Shown here: one piece after another, positions 24,954-37,235 of the stretch
How the letters are laid out: each line of letters starts with the position of its first letter
How positions within the stretch are numbered: position 1 is the stretch's first letter
DNA from: Rhizodiscina lignyota
Taxonomy: Eukaryota
Assembly: GCA_010015805.1 (NCBI GenBank)
Contig: ML978125.1
Coordinates: 992,001 to 1,056,000 of the forward strand
Length of the DNA: 64,000 nt
Direction of reading: 5' to 3'
Notes under the pieces: generated by a model
Seen by the model: only the letters and a program-made list of their open reading frames with translations
The model's database searches: none
What the model was told of the DNA's origin: nothing
Translations under genes and position numbers: made by a program

Positions 24954-27900
24954 CTATGCAGGCTCGTCCTCACTACCCTCACCATACCCACTCATTTTAC
25001 GATTCGGCCTCACCCTGCCCAACTCAATCGCCGTCCTACCGGAGAACTGCTTCTCCGCCCCGCCAGGCAGCGGGTTCTTCTCGATAAATTCCTCCCTGAT
25101 CCTCACAGCATCCTCGTCCCACTTCTTCACTTTCTCCTTGTAATCTGCTGTGCTCGCTGCGACACCATCACGTGAGTTCTGCGCCTGATCCAAGTATGGT
25201 TTCCGCACTTCTGTGGGAGCATTTCGCCACTGGTTGCCGAGGGAGACACGGATTTCAGTTTTAGAGGCCTTTGCAGACGGATTGTTGGTCTTGCGCTGCT
25301 GCTCCGCGTCGCAGGCGGCTTTGCAGCTGTACCAGTGATCCTTTTGATAAAGGAGGAAAGGATTGACACCTTGTTTTGCTGGCTTGAGTGGGCGCTCGCC
25401 TATAGTGCTGAGGATGGCACCAATGATGGAGGCTTCATATGCCTCTACTTGACCCTTGGCTGGCGATGTTTGCGGAATAGTTGGGTCAGAAAATTTCCGT
25501 TTCATGCCCTGGGCTACTAGAGGCGTGTCTGTCTTGGACCTGGGGGGTACCAATGGATGCGGAATTGCAATAGGCCCTAGAAGCTCCTCGATTACTTCTG
25601 ACGCCGCACGTAGGCCGGAAAGATATGCTCCATGAACTGTTGCTGGATGCGTCCCACACGTTGCCTCACCAGCGAAATGAATGGACCCCCAAGGCTGAGC
25701 CATAGCATCGTAGTCGCCTGGGCGTGTTCTCGGTCCTACGTAAGAGTAGCTACCGCAGGCAAAAGGATCCTTGTTCCATCTTGTGACAATGACCTCAGAC
25801 GGTAGTGGCACTATCTTGGGAGCGAACATCTTGCTGAGTCTTGAGGTTACTTCCTTGATCAGAGAGTTGTTATCTTCATCTTCTGTCTGATAAGCAGCGT
25901 CTCCTGCCATGAGTGCAACTAGTGTCGGACGTCCACTTGTTTTGATGCAATTCCAGAAAAGGTAGAATCGGCCACGACGGGAAGAATAGTGCTTCTGGTA
26001 GAGGCTCCCAGAAAACTCAGTATCATTCAGCAGACCGAACATATCGCGATCCTCTTCCCAAAAAGGCTTTTCGAAGACGAGGATGACCTATCGCATTTAT
26101 AAGGTTGATGGACAGTCTCTTATTCAAAGAATAACTTACTTTGTTTAGCAGGCCAAATCCAAGACGCTCAATGGCACCCATCTTCCAGTCTGGAAGCGGA
26201 GGCGAAAAGTTGATGGCTCCAGATTTGAGCACCCCAAGCGGTGTCGAAATGATAATTTGATCTGCTTCAAATGTCTCGCCATCTTGACATACGATTGTCG
26301 ACCTTGAAGATTCTTGATCCTTGTTGATTGCCATGACCTTTTTGCGGAAGCGGACGTCCAGTGGATAAGGGCTCTGCCATAAACCGCGGGGCACTTGTGA
26401 ATATCCGCCAACGATCTCACTATGTTCACCTTCGAACTCATTGCCCAGATCCTGGTCCCATCCTGTCAAGCTCAGTTGGCTAACATTTGCAGAATTGGCG
26501 TATTCGAGATTTGCATGATGCCAATTGTAGAGGCGAAGATCTCGTGCACTGAAATGAATCATATTTTGATACTGCATCAATCCATCGTCCATTATATCGC
26601 CGAGAGTTCCGGGATTCGTTGCATCCGTAGGCGGTTGCAGAGTGATGGTTGCAGTGTTTGGCGTTCCGTTCACAAGACTCCACCCCATCGTGTTCGCCGC
26701 CTCTGCCGCTGGCACACGCGATCCCAGACCAGCTATTTGGTATGCCCTCCCAGTAAGCTTTTCGGTGCTTATCGCAGCTTGCTTTGGAGCCTGGCTTTTG
26801 GCTTGATCTTGGGCATCCGCTTCAGTGTTGATCTTCCCTGTCCTTTCTAATTCCGATATTGTTTCACCTCCATCATCCGCGGGTTCCTTGCCTTGTTGCA
26901 TCTGTAGTCGATCGACTTCAACTGTTCGTGGAGGTTGAGAAAGGTTTCGGAATACACTCGCTCGCTCCAAGATGTCATTGTAAAGACTCTCCACCATAAC
27001 ATCCTGTGTCTTATCCACAATCGTCCCGTCATGGTCGTATAAAATGGAATTATCCTTCAGCGCATACGTGTGTAATGCAAGTTGACCCCTGATGATGATG
27101 TTCATCGGATTGCCATGCTCAAAACCTGTGACAATTTGTGCACCCATCTCGGCTGTGTTGCGGAGGCCGGCGGGAAGCGTATCGCTATGTTGCTCGCGCA
27201 GTGGATGTGAATAGACTCGGCCGCCGATTCGTCCTCGACCCTCAAGAACGATCACTTTCGGGGGTCCCTCGCCTTGGTCAGTCCAATGCTTGCCAAATTG
27301 TGCAATTAGGCCTTCGAGCTGCCTTGCACTGCCAAGCCCAGACATTCCGGCACCAATTACCACGATTGTGCACCTCTTGCCACCCTTTGCTTTGACACGA
27401 GGGATGGACCCAGCAGTGTTTGGAAGATCGAGGCATCCGAAATTTATGTAGCCTTGTCTTATCAACCACTGATGTGCGATAGACGCAAGCGTGAAATATC
27501 GACTTTCTCTCGCACATCCAGCCGCCTCCTCCTTCGTGACACCGACCAGTGGATTTCGGGTCCAAAGTCGCAATATGGCATTCCGTATATTGAGATATAT
27601 CGGCACCTGGGGCAACGTGATGTAGTCTCTCAGCAGCTTATACTCCCCTGGATGGAGAGCCAAAGGATTTAGCCTTGAAGAGTAAGTAGCGAGGAAGCAT
27701 TGTCGTGCAAATTCCCACGGCGGTAGGATAGATGGTATCGAGGTCCGAGGCTTCCACTCTGCCTCTGACTTTTTGGACCCTCCCGGTGTCCTCGTGCTGT
27801 GGTCCACAGTTATTCGAGACTTCGGCTGCGCAGGGCTGTTCTGCCATGGAATGTCGGACAGAGATGTACTAGAAACATTCTGTGCCGACTTCAGCGGACT

Positions 27901-28437
27901 CTGCAAAAAGGTTGCCCCGTTTACGCTGTCTGCCATGTGAGACCCGCCGTATACCGTGTCGTGCAGAAGTTGTTCCTGTATTGGTGATATTCGTCCATCA
28001 GCACCCACTATATGACGCATACTTGTCTCTAAGAAATTTTCACGGTTGAAGGAGTGCCCTTCAGAATCGTTTGATGGAGTGGGAAGTTGTGACCGATAGA
28101 GAGTTCCAACTTCCGCTTTTGCATGATGCCCAGCGGAGGGTGTTGAAACCCTTTCTCCATCATCCTTTGCACTTGTGTTACTTCCACCGAGTTCTGAAGT
28201 GCCATTATGTTCGCCAAAGTGAACAGATGAAGGGCCTGATTCACTATATTGCTCGTATATTCCGAGACCATCAAATACCCCAAATGGGGTATTCGCCTTG
28301 GAATTGGTGAAATCGAACTTCGGAGTAGAAGCATCCCCTGTCAAGGCGTCTTGAAAGAGTTCTTCAGGCGACTCGAAGGGTAGTGAGTGGTTTTTGAGAG
28401 GGTTGCCATTGCTGGCATCGTGGTGAGAAGCGAACAT
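24954..28437 (-). CDS. LSD1/KDM1-like lysine-specific histone demethylase (SWIRM + flavin amine oxidase + HMG-box-like; intron 26088-26139)
   Basis: YLNIRNAILRLW..LIRQGYINFG (SWIRM), VIGAGMSGL, RIGGRV, FAGEATCGTHPATVHGAYLSGLRAA, C-terminal NPFLLYQKDHW. Confidence 0.92.
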
Positions 28438-29025
28438 GGCTATCTACAAGGGACAATGTCATAAACCCCGTGACAGCATGGTAGGTGCGGAGGGCTGGGT
28501 CTAGAGTGGGACCTTGCGTAGTCGGAGTGAGATGTATGGAAGATGCGACTGGACCTGATTATGAATGATGGGCTGAAAGAAAGCATTGCGGTGTATAGAG
28601 CGGAGAATGGACGGCCATTGCAACTTCCTTCCCTCAGGTGGGCTCTTAGTGGAGGCTAGGCTTGATCGGGGCGGTACACCGCAATCATTCCGGTCAACGC
28701 AGCAAAACTTATATAACATTAGACATTTATAGATTCCCTCTAGAATTCTCCGAATTAAATATCCGCCTGTAGAGCAAAAATATTTGTGTCTCCTGACGTT
28801 GACTGATGTAGTCGACCTACCCCGGGCCGCTTACCCCAATCGGGCAGTGTGGGTTGCCAAGGCCGGACCTCAACGACGCGTACAAGAAATCGTGAACGCG
28901 ATGTCAATGACAAACAACACACGTGGAACCTTGAAATCTCCCTGTTGAATACTCAATAGCTTTATGTTTGTACACACAAGGGAATTGAGGAGGAAGACCG
29001 CCTAAGCGGCTGATCTCAGCCTGCC

Positions 29026-30499
29026 ATGACCCAGACGCGCAAGTTTGCGAGTCTGCCAGACTTGGTACGAATTGACGACCGTTCTAATGGAGCGAAGTTT
29101 GAGAATGTGTTCTGATGTACTGACGGACAAAAGGACGAGGCACAAGATATATACGAGACACCGGATCTGACAGATGATACCTCGACAGTACCCGTAAGCA
29201 GACGAATTGATGGAAATCATAGTGGATACTTACGAGGGCTATGTACAGGCTTCCACGACAATCCGGTCCCCTTCTTCCACTTCCAGCTACGATGACGCAC
29301 AAGAAGATCAAGATCAATCTGGTATTGACCGGCAGCATGTCCAAATGGACAGAGCGCGCGCACACTTTAAGCCAGCGCGCGTGGATGCTCGAGATGTCGA
29401 CTTTTCTGACAGGTTAAACCGGCAGCGAAAATCATATCGCACGTCGAATCGGAGACGAAGATTTTCTGGCGCAAGTGATGGGGAGTTTGGCGATCTGAGT
29501 GATGAAGAGGATGAAACTCTGGAACGCAAGCTCGCTCGGTTACGTCGGGAAATCGAAGAAGCTAAGGTTGAACTCGAAGAGCAGCAGACCGAGTTGGATT
29601 CCGCGGAACCTGCTAATGAAAGCTCGACCGAGAATTTACCGTCTTTGAAGGAGATCGAGAAACTTAGTGAGATGTTAGACACTATGCACGGACGAAGACA
29701 CCCTGGCGTCAATGGTGCAGAAGCTCATTATCAGAAGGCCCTCGAGCGTTTTCAAAATGCGCAATTGGCCTCGGCAAACGGTCATGCTGAGGGGGCGGAG
29801 GCGAAGACCGACCTTACGACAACGTCACACGTTATGGACATATCACCGGAGCAGCGCGCACAAATTTTCGCAAAGGCGGCTGAGTTTGATGATCGGTTGT
29901 CTTCTCTGGAGAAAGTGCTTGGATTGGATGCGAACACAATGCCAGACATTTCAAGCAATGACCCTAAGTCGATATTATACACACTCACGGACCTTGACCG
30001 CCACATAGCAACCATTAACTCAACATCCTCCACAGATGCGCTAGACTCGGCAAATCGCCGGGTGCGCCAGTTGACACAAGAAGCAGAACGTCTTGTCGAG
30101 CTTCGCAGATCTTCTTCTCCATCCACACCTACGAACAAAGCTAGCAATGGTGCTAAGCCAACCTCGCCTCTCCCCGAAGACCCAGAAGGTAGTGCAAAAA
30201 TAAACGCACTATTCGGGACCCTACCCACAATTGCGAATCTGGCCCCGTCTCTGCCAATGGTCCTAGAACGATTACGGACCTTGCGCCTTATCCACGCGAA
30301 TGCTGGCGACGCTAGCGCAACGTTAGATGAACTTGAGAAGAGACAGGCGGAGCAGGAGACGGAGATTCAGCGGTGGCGAGAAGCTCTTGGCAGTATGGAA
30401 GCTAGCATATCAGAAGGGGAAGGTGTACTGACGGGAAATGTGAAACTCGTTGGAGAATGGGTGAAAGACATTGAGACCAGAGTTGGAAAGCTAGGTTGA
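29026..30499 (+). CDS. Dynactin p50 / dynamitin subunit (introns 29065-29133, 29194-29248)
   Basis: KFASLPDL|DEAQDIYETPDL, VDFSDRL, ETLERKLARLRREIEE, FDDRLSSLEKVLG, LPMVLERLRTLRLIH. Confidence 0.88.
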
Positions 30500-30663
30500 G
30501 CTCTGGAGCGATGCTTCTCTCCACAAAATGTTTGCCGCGTCTTTGTACAGAATTCAAGCATAGCCTGGCGTTAGGTTTGGTCTTGGAAAGACTCATGTCA
30601 AGCGGAAGATACCCTTGAACAATTCAGAATCCACAGCATTTGAACAATTGTTAATTTTTAAAA

Positions 30664-32004
30664 TTACACGTCGCCTCTGAGTTGTTGCATAGCCAACTTT
30701 TTGGCCTCTGCCTTGGAAAGACTGTCCCGAACCATGTCAATACTCTGCCTTCCTGCTAACAACTGCTCTCTTACGAAGCCATCGTTCTCATTGCTCTTGG
30801 CCGTGGCAGCCCTGGCCCAGTCATACATACTCGAAGCGTCTGGTGGCACGAGGTAGCTTTCCCCAGCAAGGCGTTGTATCGTCACGCGCATGTCGTCCGA
30901 AGCCACGCCCAACTGCCGTCGCAAGTAGGATGCTTGTTGTATCAATGAACGCTCTGTCCGCGATGCTTGGACAATGTTTGGGACGCAGGTAATGAGATCG
31001 GTAAATCTCAAGGAGGCTCCTTCGGATTCCTGCTGCGTTTTCTTATTCGCTGATGGGTCGGATCGCTGGGTTGGATGTGAAAGCTGCGCATTTGCCGTAG
31101 CCACTGCAGAATCCACGCTTTCCACGAGTCTCTTTCGTGACTCAACGTACTTATCGTATAGAGTCTGTATTTGCTCCTTGGCGACCTCTGAGGAAGGTAA
31201 TTCCCCCGCATTATTCTCTTCCTTCTCTGATTCTATTATGGAACTATCATCCTCTCCTATCTTTGCAAGCTCCCCTTCTATCCAACCAATCAACTGATCC
31301 CTCGCATGTCGAAGAGCGTATACCTGAGTCTCAACAGAAGGTTCTGGGCTCGACTTGGTCTGCTCGTGTGTCTCCACATTAACGCGTATGGCTTCATCCA
31401 TGGTATTTTTCGTCAGGAGCAGCTCCCTCTTCAACCGGAAGATCAATCCATCGAGCTGAGCGTCCGATGCACCTGGGCGAAGTATCAACTTCGGAGCCTC
31501 TGGCGCTTCACCCAGACTCTCTTTGAGAACGGCTCCAATGTCACCATTGATTGTCTGGGGAGCTTGTTCGTTCAAACTTCTCACGGTGTCTTGGATAATT
31601 TGCAACTTGTTGTACTGTCTTCGTTGTCGCTGAAGTTGTAGATATGTCTGTACAGAATTTCGGTCCTCGTGGCCATCTTCTGGCTGTACTGTAGATGCAA
31701 TGCTTCGATCCCTCGCTTCATCCAATTCGCGCTTGACAGCAGCATAACTTTCTCTTGCAGCAATGTTCGCCCTCAATGCGTCATAATATCGTCGATAGAG
31801 CCCATCAAGACCATCCGGCGGCTCGTTGATATTCGCACTGGGTGTTGGGCATGCTAATCGGAGCGGTGTGTAGAGTTTCGAGTCAACGGAGGAGGAGAAA
31901 TGTTGCGCGATGGCTTCACGTATTCGACGCGTCTCCTGGCGGGTGTGGATGTAGGGTTCTAACGCCTCCTGGACTTGCGGGAGAGGGCAGGGCAGGCTCG
32001 CCAT
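30664..32004 (-). CDS. Hypothetical coiled-coil protein (single exon, about 446 aa)
   Basis: Long stop-free ORF with helical composition; first ATG at 32004 (MASLPCPLPQVQEALEPYIHTRQET). Confidence 0.8.
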   Translation of the reverse strand: MASLPCPLPQVQEALEPYIHTRQETRRIREAIAQHFSSSVDSKLYTPLRLACPTPSANINEPPDGLDGLYRRYYDALRANIAARESYAAVKRELDEARDRSIASTVQPEDGHEDRNSVQTYLQLQRQRRQYNKLQIIQDTVRSLNEQAPQTINGDIGAVLKESLGEAPEAPKLILRPGASDAQLDGLIFRLKRELLLTKNTMDEAIRVNVETHEQTKSSPEPSVETQVYALRHARDQLIGWIEGELAKIGEDDSSIIESEKEENNAGELPSSEVAKEQIQTLYDKYVESRKRLVESVDSAVATANAQLSHPTQRSDPSANKKTQQESEGASLRFTDLITCVPNIVQASRTERSLIQQASYLRRQLGVASDDMRVTIQRLAGESYLVPPDASSMYDWARAATAKSNENDGFVREQLLAGRQSIDMVRDSLSKAEAKKLAMQQLRGDV

Positions 32005-32326
32005 AGGCCTGATATATCTTGATGGGATTAGAAGCACCAATTGAGTGCTCAAGAAGAGTTGTCCCTGCAAGAGAGATGAGAGCCGCCTCGTTCTCTGGTT
32101 GGATTCCCGTCCTTTGCGGTATCATCGCGTGTCCATGCGCGCGGATATTCCTAAATCGGGTTAGAGCGGCTCTTTCATCATCATCTCAAGAATCCCTGCT
32201 TGGCCACACTGCAGGATCGAGTTCATGGTGACACAACCGTAGAGATTTAAGATATGAATCTGCACTACTTGCCCGAAGACACTCTCATGGATGCTTCGAA
32301 GCGTGCTCAACCACACCTATTCAAAA

Positions 32327-33531
32327 ATGGCACCAATTCCGCCTCGAATGGCGAACTTCGCCGCCGCCATGTCACATGTATACAAGTTTCCGACTGAAGC
32401 TACAAAGGAGCCATGGACGCCCCCACCAGCGGAAGGGCACCGTGGTCGCTACTTATGGACAGGTTTGTACTGAGACCAGTGCTCAGCATTGACATCTAAC
32501 ATTCCAGAGCCGCAGACGCTTTCGGCGTCGTCAATTTCTTGACCCTCTTCAAAGAGACACAAGATGAACTCTATCTCACACATGCCATATGTCTTGTGAC
32601 TGCGGTCCATGATATTCTGGGCCGCACACGCAGTGGTAGCGCTCATCTTCCCGGCGCATCAGATGCTCATCCGCTCGCCGGTGGGTTGCGAATTGGCAAA
32701 GACGACGAATTTGGACCTGACGGAGACGGTCAATATCACCATTATCTCACGCTATGGATGTTTGCTCTCAACCGTGTATCGCTTGCTTCAAAGGACAAGA
32801 AATATAATGATCTTGGGATCGAGCTGGCTAAAGCAATACACCCTCGTTTTGTGTATGACCGTAACTCAGGCCGGCCGCGAATGGTGTGGAAAATGGCAAT
32901 GGATTTGAGCAAGCCATTGGTACATAGCGAGGGTAACCTGGATCCTATCGATGGATATGTCACGTTTCGCTTGCTGCAGAGCACCAACGGGCCAGACAGC
33001 ACAATTCTACAAGACGAGATCGCAGATTATGAGAAGATTGTGCAGACAAAGTGGGAACACTACTCAAGCAGTGATCCGCTCGATCTGGGCATGACACTTT
33101 GGACGTCACATTGGCATGCTGCCGGCAAAGATGCTGAAGCGTGGGCTTCTGGACTGTGCGAGCGCGCGGAGCGAGACTTGAAGTCATTGGTGAAACGTGG
33201 CTATTTCGAGCGTAATATCGAAAGACGGCTCGCATTCCGCGAATTTGGTACTTGCCTGGGCATGCGAGCAGCCTTGGAGGCAGCGGAGTGGGCCAGCCTG
33301 AGCACCAAGATTTGCGAAGCATGGGAGAGCAGTAGGATTGTGCCCACGCCGCAAGGGTCAAGCGGCGCCGTGAAAACAGCAGTCGATCATGGCTTACTCC
33401 CAATTACCCTCGTCATGTATGCGGCTGCGTTACATCCTGGAGGTATGCAGGCCGTCGGGTCACAACGCCCACACTCTAAAAATTTCGTTAGCTAATACTG
33501 CTTAGCATTCCAAGCGGAATTTCTCTCCTAA
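32327..33531 (+). CDS. Conserved uncharacterised protein (GHRGRYLWTDAFGVVNF family; probably an alpha/alpha-toroid fold) (introns about 32463-32515, 33443-33505)
   Basis: Spliced GHRGRYLWT|DAFGVVNFLTL, GGLRIGK, DGDGQYHHYLTLWMFALNR, RMVWKM, DPLDLGM, RLAFREFG, ITLVMYAAALHPG|AF. Confidence 0.85.
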
Positions 33532-34451
33532 AGCGAAGACATTTTCGAAGCCCGCGATCTATCGTGTTCGATTTGAATGAGGAAAATCAGAATACGATTA
33601 TACGTTCATAGAATTGAGCTCGGACCATTCGTTCTTTCATCTCGCCTAGCCATTTGCACTGTGAGATGAGCGCAGGGCTTTACGCGAAATTCTAGAGGCA
33701 TTATTACGAACGTGGACAGCTTCAGCTTGCTTTTCGATTTGAAAGAAAGGGAGGTCATGCAGATATGCCTCCGGTACCGGGTGGTGGCGCTCTGCGGGGG
33801 GAGGCGGTGTGATTCTTCAGGGCGTAAATGCGCGCAAACCATGGTGGGAACTGTGCGGAGTATTCTCGTTTTGTTGAAGTCTTAACGTCGATAATTAGCA
33901 GGAGCCAGGCTATTCGTTGTTGAAGAGGACCTACTTCGTACCCCCTATGTACCATGTAATACGTTTGTCGCAAACTAAATTCGGTACCCAATCCTTGAAT
34001 CTACTAAACTTGTTCGTCGTCATAACTGTTCAGTCCAGGATGATCATATGATAAGAACTCTTAGTTTTCCTGACCGGAACCACATTCGTAATAGTTGGTC
34101 TCAAGTCAAGCCACACATCCGTCCGACGCATGAACAGGGGGTCAACTTGACCAAAGCTTCCTGGCCTAATATCACAAAGCAGTGTCGAATCGTTGGGAGC
34201 CCATATCATAACATTGCTGACAGAACAAACAGAGCATACCATATTTTGGAAACATCAGAGCAGGATTAGTATCTCGAAATTTCATATCTGACATCCATTC
34301 GACAGATGATGACGACACAAGGCTACTTAGTTTACCAGATAGGCAACCGTCAGGCACTCCAAATTCAAAGCCACTTGTTACGAGATCCGCCTCTGAGCGC
34401 AGAGCGCTGCCGCATGCCGATTTTTACATCTGTAGTATAGCTTCAGCTTCT

Positions 34452-34723
34452 CTAAGCCCCCGATCCGCCGGCAGATGTATTGGAAGAGGTATCGTTTGGC
34501 GGAGCAGCGTTGGTGTTGGCCAGGTTCTCATCAAATTCTTTGAGAGCAGCTGCAGCCTTCTCGCAGACCTGAACATACTTATCTTCAAGGGCTTTATTGT
34601 CCAGAGCTAGAGAGATGTTAGCGAGGTCAAATTTAAAGATGGCGGGAGGCGCAGACTCTCAAGAAAGCGCTTCTGGCTGGCTGTGGTGCTTCCACGAGCG
34701 GTTCCTTTCTGTCCACCTGCCAT
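34452..34723 (-). CDS. Small 2-exon protein, 73 aa, unknown function (intron 34607-34656)
   Basis: CAGCATGG start context, 50-nt intron GTCTGC..GCTAAC..CTAG, 67+155 nt exons form one open frame: MAGGQKGTARGSTTASQKRFLETLDNKALEDKYVQVCEKAAAALKEFDENLANTNAAPPNDTSSNTSAGGSGA. Confidence 0.55.
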
Positions 34724-36220
34724 GCTGAACGCGATAGATTCTTGACAGAAGATGAGATGTGGCTTGACGCTCTAACGTGTGTGCGTAAGGTCTTCGGCCC
34801 TGGGATGGAGGGGGCAGAGTATTAGCTCAGTCTCGCGAAGGGTTGATGGCGATGTCGGTCGCTGTCCGTGTGACAATTATCTGACGGCGCGAGGTCGGTC
34901 TCCAGGTTATAGGAGCGAGGTGGGAGATGTAGACTGTATCCTAAAGTGCACGTTTCTAGAGCGATGCCCAACTCGACCAGCTATTGTGTTATTCGTAGGA
35001 GATGTGCATGGAATCAGTATCTCTGTCGTCCTAAGCAGCCAGCGTCGTAACGGTCAGTGATCTCCTGTTCCTCTCCGAATACACGAAGTGCCTTACCTAG
35101 CAGGAACTACCGCAGCAGTTTTTCCGTTAAAGAGTCCTATAGTGCTGACTTAGTGTGCCGGACCTATAAATCAAACAATAGTTCCTGTGTGTGAAGATCG
35201 AGCAACAGCTACTGTCACCAGCTGAGGACCGAATATTTGAGCCTGGAGTAGGGCGTAGAACAGAAGGGCGGTGCAGTTCACCGTCGAATCCGAAGTCATG
35301 ATGAAGACACTAATGCACATACGCTTGTCGAAAGGCAGACTTTTGGTCAACATATTGTGGGAATCGCGGATGAGCCCACCGCTGACGCGTGAGATATGCA
35401 TACTAAAGAGACAAGATGTCCATCAAGAAAAGACTCTCAGGCATGAATGTTTGGTGCCCGATATGTACCGGATCATGACTCCGATATCGTAAGAAACCAT
35501 GCGAGGGAGACAACGGGTGCTCTCAAAATGTGAGAGATCGTATAAAGCCATTTTCGCCCGGCAGGCTCGCGCGTCGAACGTGCATCGGGATCCCTGTCCC
35601 CCTTTTTGACATCACTGCCACAACTTACTCGCTCGTAGCTCTGAATACCGAAAACCGGTCTGAGAGTTGCATCAGAAGACCTCCAGTATCGTAGTTGGCC
35701 GGAGCTGGAGGTCTACTGTTGTAAAACGTAGCAGGAAGGGGTTGGGTCTCGAGAGCAACCATCGAAAACGCCATGTGTGGCTCGGAATATGTCCGTAGGA
35801 ACTGGTTTGAGATAACAAGGCCAAAACAATCCGCCCCTTTGAGAGGAGAAAAGATCTTGAGTTTGCAGCTGTAAGTAGGTACTCCATAACTCTAACAGCA
35901 GCCCTGAAGCGACGTCTGTGCCGTGAGTGCGTGAGCGTCCCGGCGTATGGCGAGTGCGAGCACGCACACTAGAACCACACTTATATCCCTTTTTAACATA
36001 CGCAGCAGGTACACCGCATGTGAATCGAATCGAATCGCCTCCTCGATGTAAGTCTTACACAAGGTAAAAGAAATACAGGCTAGAAACTGACACATCTTTG
36101 CAAGAGTTAGCATGTTTCTGGTATGCATGTGGCCGATGGCCTAGCGCAAGGAATATTTGTGTGTGGCTGGGAGCTACATGTAACCAACCTCAAGACGTTC
36201 CACACAGCACGCGTATGGAA

Positions 36221-37235
36221 TCACATTCTCGATGCGGTGCTGGATATAAATACGATTTGAACAGCAAAGAACCTGAGTAAAAATTAGCAATGCCATGGAA
36301 GATGTGGTTGGGTCACTGACGCAATAGTAACAGCAAACAGATCACTCCGCCGAGCAGTTGTGAACAGCGGCAGAGCCAAAGCGATGACTAGATTCGAAAC
36401 CCCCAGGAGGATGAGTCTTTTCCACATGGATTTGACGAAATATAAAGCCAGGACAAAGGCAAAAGGGAGCTGACTCGCAATAATCGTGGAAACGTAATTC
36501 GTAGCCCACAATATGTTGCTATCCTCGACGATCGGTTCGCCGTACCGTCTATGTGGTGCACGGTCAAACCATCCCATGAAATGCTTCACAACCACATCCG
36601 CAATCCACCGAGAGAAACGGTCTTCGTAATAACGAGCTCGTAAGGTTACAAGATCTGGCGCAAATCCATCCCGGTCATCATTCATTCCCCAGATGCGACT
36701 GTCGGGCCCATGGATGAATTTCGCTGTCGGCACGTTTTGCTTCGCTCGGAGGAAGTCTTGGATCTGACTTAGGTCTATCCGATTAATGTCTGGTAATTGC
36801 AGGATCGCATGATACTGGAGCACTGCGCGCTCTGTTGTGACCTGTTAGTATAATCCTCGATGTGTGTTGTGATGGAGGGGTACAACGGTAGTTGGAGAGT
36901 TCCTCCTCTAGCTCTTTGATCTTGTTAAACTGTTGACCACAGCGTCCGCCGGCTGAACGCTCTAACCAACCGGAGTTCGTAGAGAACTCCGATCTATGTC
37001 CTTCGTCGCTCTTAAAGTCGCTTCGCTCTATTTCCTTAAGCTCCCGCTCGAGCTTGAGCACCCTAGCTTGACGGTATAACAGCAATCGTGTGGACACACT
37101 ACGAAAACCCCTGAAGTGTGTTCTTTCGGGTATGGCTGACATCTTTTCTGCAAACTCAGGATATCCAGGCACGGTCTCGTCCGCACCGGAGGTCTGGGAG
37201 GAAGAAACCACCGCCGTGGGAGTCGTAGCCGACAT
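36221..37235 (-). CDS. Second DUF6594-like membrane protein (3 exons)
   Basis: GYPEFAEKMS..FRGFRSVSTRLLLYRQARVLKLERELKEIE, ELEEELSNY|QRAVLQ, DLVTL..DRFSRW, SMWKRLILLG..FTTARRSDLFAVTIA|FFAVQIVFIS; introns with CTAAC/CTAAT branch points. Confidence 0.8.
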
